From assembly GCA_026770705.1 (NCBI GenBank), contig JANJGN010000029.1:17360001-17424000 (forward strand): a stretch of 64,000 bases of DNA. The letters run 5' to 3'. The translations under genes and the position numbers were made by a program. This document shows, piece by piece, positions 58,876 to 64,000 of this stretch (the first letter of the stretch is position 1; each line of letters opens with the position of its first letter). The DNA comes from Isurus oxyrinchus (lineage: Eukaryota). The notes beneath the pieces are model-generated. The model had not been told where the DNA came from. It searched no databases and saw nothing but the letters and a program-made list of their open reading frames with translations.

Positions 58876-61800
58876 GTCACAGTCATAGAGTTATACAGCA
58901 CAGAAACACGCCCTTCGGCCCATCGTGTCCATGCCGGCTATCAAGCCCCTATCTATTCTAATCCCATTTTCCAGCACTTGGCCCGCAGCCCTGAATGCTA
59001 CAGTGTTTCAAGTGCTCATCTAAATACTACTTAAATGTTGTGAGGATTCCTGCCTCTACCACCCCCTCAGGCAGTGTGTTCCAGATTCCAACCACCCTCT
59101 GGATGAAAATTTGTTTCCTCAAATCCCCTCTACACCTCCTGCCCCCTTACCTTAAATCTATTCCCCCTGGTTATTGGCACCTCTGCTAAGGGGGTAAGTT
59201 CTTCCTATCTACCCCAACTATGCCTCTCATAATTTTGTATATCTCTATCAGGCACCCCCCTTCTCTGCTTTAAGGAAAACAAGCCCAGCCTATCCAGTCT
59301 CTCTTCATAGCTGAAACACTCCAGCCCAGGCAACACCCTGAATCTCCTCTGCACCCTCTCCAGCGCAATCACATCCTTCCTCTGCTGTGGCGATCAGAAC
59401 TGCACACAGAACAGCAGCTGTGGCCTAACTAGCATTTTATACAGTTCTAGCATAACCTCCCTGTTCTTATATTCTATGCATCAGCTAATAAAGACAAGTA
59501 TCCTATATGCTGCCTTAACCACCTTTTGTACCTGTGCTGCTGCCTAGGGTCCTACCATTCATTGTGTATTCCCTTGCTGTGTTAGTCCTCCTAAAATGCA
59601 TCACTTCTCACTTCTAAGGATTAAATTCCATTTGCCTCAGCTTTGCCCATCTTGTCAGCCCATCTATATCATCCTGTAATCTAAGGCTTTCCTCCTCACT
59701 ATTTATGACACCACCAATGTTCGTGTCATCTGCGATGATCATACCTCCTATTTTCGCATCTAAATCATTGATGTACACTACAAACAGTAAGGGTCCCAGC
59801 ACCGATCCCTGCTGTACACCACTCGTCACAGGCTTCCAATCACAAAAACAACTTTCAACCATCACCCTCTGCCTCCTGCCACTAAGCCAATTTTAAATCC
59901 AATTTTCCAAATTGCCCTGGATCCCATGGGCTCTTAACTTGACCATTCTCCCTTGCGGGACCTTGTCAAAAGCCTTACTGAAGTCCACGTAGACTACATC
60001 AACTGCATTACCGTCATCTACACAACTCAAAGTTCAATCAAATTTGTGAGACATGATCTCCCCCTGACAAAGCCATGCTGACTATCCCTGATTAATCCCT
60101 GCCTTTCCAAGTGGAGGTTAACCCTGTCCCTCAGAATTTTTTCCAATAGTTTCCCTACCAGTGATAAACTCACTGGCCTGTAATTACCTGGCTTATCCCG
60201 ACTACCCTTCCACCCACATTCGCTGTCCTCCAGTCCTCTGATACCTCTCCTGTGGCCAGAGAGGATTTGAAAATTAGTGTCAGAGTCCCTGCAGCCTCCT
60301 CCCTTGCCTCACATAGCAGCCTGGGATACATCTCATCTGGGCCTGGGGATTTATCCACTTTTAAGCCCATAAAAACTGCTAACACTTCCTCCCTTTCTAT
60401 GCTAATTTGTTCAAGTATATCACAGTCCCCCCTCCTTGATTTCTACACTTACATCGTCCTTCTCCATAGTGAACACAGATGAAAAGTAATCATTTAAAAC
60501 TCCACCAAAGTCCTCTGGCTCCACGCACAGATTGGCACTTTGGTCCCTAATTTGCCCTACTCTTTCCCTGGTTATCCTCTTGCCCTTAATATATTTATAA
60601 AATGCCTTGGGATTTTCTTTTTTCTTGCCCGCCAGTGTTTTTTTTTCATGCCCCCTCTTCACTCTCCTAGTTGCTTTAAGTACCCGCTACACTTTCTATA
60701 CTCCTCTCGGTCTTCCGCTGATTTCAGCCCTCTGTATGTGCCATAAGCCTTTTTTTTCCCCTTTATCCAATCCTCTATATCCCTTGACATCCAGGGTTCC
60801 CTGGACTTGTTGGTCCTACCCTTCACCTTTACAGGAACATGTTGGCCCTGAACTCTCACTATTTCCTTTTTGAATGACTCCCACTGTTCTGATGTAGACT
60901 TTCCTACAAGTAGCTGCTCCCAGTCCACTTTGGCCGGATCCTGTCTTATCATATTGAAATTGGCCTTCCCCCAATTCAGGACTTTTACTTCTGGTCCATC
61001 TTTGTCCTTTTCCATAACTACCTTAAACCTTCGAGTTATGGGTGACTATCCTCTAAATGCTCCCCAACTGACACTTCTACCACTTGCCTGACTTCATTCC
61101 CTAAGATTGGGTCCAGTACTGCCCCTTCTCTTGTAGGACTTTCTACGTGCTGGCTCAAAAAGCTCTCCTGGATCCACTTTAAGAATTCTGGCCCCTCTGA
61201 GCCTTTCACACTAAGACTATCCCAGTTAATATTGGGGAAGTTGAAATCCCCTATTATTATTACCCTATTATTTCTGAGATTTGCCTACATATCTGCTCCT
61301 TTATCTCTCCCTGACTGTGTTTGTTTGGAGGCCTATAATACATTCCCAGCAAAGTGCTTGCCCTCTTTTTGTTTTTAAGTTCTACCCATATGGCCTCATT
61401 TGAGGAACCTTCTAAGATACCTTCCCTCCTTACTGCAGTAATTGACTCCTTGATCAATAGTGTAATGCCACCTCCTTTTACACCAGGAAATCCAGGAAAC
61501 TAAAGCCCTCTCTCTTGCATCATCTCTTCAGCCACGCATTCATCCTCTCTATTCTCCTATTCCTATACTCAATGGCAGGTGGCACAGGGAGTAATCCAGA
61601 GATTACTGGAGATCTGAGGTCCTGCTTTTTAATCTAGCTCCCTAAATTCTTGTTGCAGGACCTCATTTCCCCCTTTCTACCCATGTCGTTGGTACCAATG
61701 TGAATCACGACCTCTGACTGTTCGCCCTCCCCCCTTCAGAATGCCCTGCAGCCATTCTGTGACATCCTTGACCCTGCCACGAGGGAGGCATCACACCATC

Positions 61801-62310
61801 CTGGAGTCAGGTCTACAACTGCACAAGCACCTGCCCGCACCCCTCACTATTGAGTCTCCTACCACTATTGCTCTTGCATGCTTACTCCTCCCCCCTTGTG
61901 CAGCTGCGCCACCCACAGTACTGTAAACTTGGCTCCGGCTGCACTCTCCAGAGGAACCTTCACCCTCACCATTTTCCAACACCGAAAAATGGTTCTTGAG
62001 TGAGATGCACTTTGGGGCTTTCCTGACCATCTGCCTGCCTCCCTCCTTCTGACTGATGGTCACCCATTCCCTCTCTGGCTGCACTTCCTTAAGCTGCGGA
62101 GTGACCACATCAAAAATGTGCTATCCACATAACCCTCAGCCTCACGGATGCCCCGCTGTGTCTCCAGCTGATACTCAAACTCCGAAACCTGTGGCTCAAG
62201 CTGGTCAAGCCGGTGACACTTCCTGCACATGTCATCCAGACTGCAAGGAGTGTCTAATAATTCCCAGATGTTGCAGGTCGTAAACCACACGGGACCGAGC
62301 TTCCTTGCCG
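58876..62310 (-). mobile_element. Near end-to-end but disabled CR1 LINE (ORF1 zinc finger/coiled coil plus esterase; ORF2 endonuclease and RT remnants), nested in a SINE
   Basis: TCNIWE...MCRKC, IVVGDSIVRG, EAIWVEL...YYRPPN, KSPGPDEMYPRLL and SGVQQGSVLGPLLFVVYINDL...IADDT, with many frameshifts and deletions. Confidence 0.93.
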
Positions 62311-63149
62311 TACTTTTTGTTTGTTTTTAAGTAAAAGACAATTTCCCTTTCATTCCAGATTAATTAATTAGTTAGATTTAACCGACTCTAGCTGCCATGG
62401 TCCTGTTTGATCTTGGGCCTTTGGACTACCAGTCTGGTAACATAATCACTTTGTCCATCATGCATGAAAAATGCATGAATTGGAAGTTCTGGTGTAGCAA
62501 AGGGTTCTTTCCTGGCGCACTCTATCATCAGTATGCTTCAATCTGGGGATTGAGTAGTTCAAGTGCCCTGAACATAAGTAACTCTTGTATCCTTTTGCAG
62601 CTGAATCAGCCCCTTTCAGCATTTCTCCTTGATCTTCTGGTTTCTATTTTCCAGATGTCAGGCAGTGGCTGATTCACGTAGGCCCACGGTTTGCTTTGGC
62701 CTTGATCTGTGTACACTGGGCCAACAAACAGGGTTATTGTACTCTGCCTGTAGTATCTAGGAAGGGACATGTTGAATGGGAGGTTTGTTTTCAGAAAGCC
62801 ACGTCAATGTTTAGATTATAGTCCTTGTGTACATTGGGCAGCATTTCCCGGGAATGCCCTGTGGGGAATTTGAGTCTCCTCCTTATTTTCGTCTGCTCAA
62901 AAGAGGTATTGTCGTAGTAACGGACTGTCTGGGACAAGTGAAGTTCCTCATGCAACCTGTCCAGAGGAAAATGGCCCAAATAAAAATATCAGCAGGAAAG
63001 TGTGCCTTGTGGCCATAGACTGGTTACATGGGTAGGTATTAGAGTTTTGAAAGGAAGATGGTGTCCAAAAAACTGGTGCCATTGTATCCACTGTGGTGAA
63101 AACTCAGTGGGTGCTGCCAATGGCATGGTGGGTAAATACACAGCCCAAT

Positions 63150-63575
63150 GTCTCAGTGGCTCACCGGGTGCAGCATTGCCTCTGAGTCACCAAGGTTGTG
63201 GGTTCAAGTCCCACTCCAGAGACTTACGTTCAGTCCAAATGCTCCAGTGCAGTACTGAGGGAATGCTGCACTGTTGATGCCATCCTTCATATGAGACATT
63301 AAATCCAGGTCCCGCCTACCCGCTCAGTCGCATGGGACCTTTTTAAGTCCTACTTGAAGGTGAGCGGGGGAATATTCCCTAGTTTCCTGGCCTATATTTA
63401 TCCCTCAACAAGCATCACTAAAAAGCAGATTATCTGGTCATTATCACAATGTGTTTGTGGGAGTTTGCTGTGGATGTTTCCTACATTACAACAATGACTT
63501 CAAAACCGCTTCATTGGCTGTAAAGTGGGACATAACAGTGATTGTGAAAGGCGCTATAGAAATGCAAATATTTTC
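63150..63575 (+). mobile_element. DeuSINE-like element
   Basis: tRNA-like head (cagtggctca...ggttgtgggttcaagtcccactccagagac), central domain and gaaaggcgctatagaaatgcaa tail. Confidence 0.75.
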
Positions 63576-63839
63576 CCTTTTGGTGCATTATTCAGCTCTG
63601 TAGGTTGGAGGATTTTCTGGTTTGTTCCTACTTTGTGCTTAGTCAGCTTCTCTCAGCCAGGGAACAACAGCACCCATGGGTGGGGGCCTGGGGACACTGC
63701 ACTTGGACAATGTGCAAACAGGTTACTGGAACATAAACTGTACATGTCAGTCTCATGATTAGATAGTTGGCGGGGAGAGGTGGGATACATCCTACTGCAA
63801 TAGGCCTCATGCTTAATAAAGTGGGGGTTGGTAAACTAT

Positions 63840-64000
63840 CTTTGACAGCCCCTCTCAGACACATGAGATCCAACAGCTCAAACAGGGGCAGTCGGTGCAT
63901 GGAAACATCACCACCTGCAAGTTCTCCCCCCTCAGTCACTCACCATCCTGACTTGGACAAGCATTGCTGTGGTTCCTTCACTGTCGCTGGGTCAAAATCC
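63840..64000 (+). mobile_element. LINE 3' fragment (runs off the window)
   Basis: cactcaccatcctgacttgga...ccttcactgtcgctgggtcaaaatcc is the reverse complement of 24440-24500. Confidence 0.75.

Overview
Eukaryotic genomic DNA. The repeat complement (CR1/L2 LINEs, tRNA-derived SINEs, Penelope-type relics) suggests a cartilaginous fish, although the species cannot be determined here. Two divergently oriented genes are partly present. (1) On the minus strand, an unnamed non-rearranging Ig-superfamily gene has a signal-peptide exon (5431-5368) that splices in phase 1 to a V-set domain exon (1682-1272) with an abnormally long B-C (CDR1-equivalent) loop. Its later exons were not found and probably lie left of the window. 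(2) On the plus strand lies the first coding exon of a CAMSAP gene, most like CAMSAP3 (19716-19845). Its expected initiator ATG reads AGG, and it is followed by more than 44 kb of intron with no exon 2 found. The rest is mostly decayed retroelements, often nested. Most notable are: young TSD-flanked Penelope-type elements with minimal hammerhead-ribozyme motifs (one is a 97-bp-arm palindrome), a separate minimal hammerhead with an intact core, a TSD-flanked tail-less multimeric tRNA-Thr-derived retroposon with a structured three-way-junction 3' end, an LTR with a duplicated tRNA-Pro PBS junction, a duplicated CTCF-motif module, and several RFX X-box motifs. Family assignments come from memory of consensus motifs, not from searches, and repeat boundaries are approximate unless a TSD or splice site is given.
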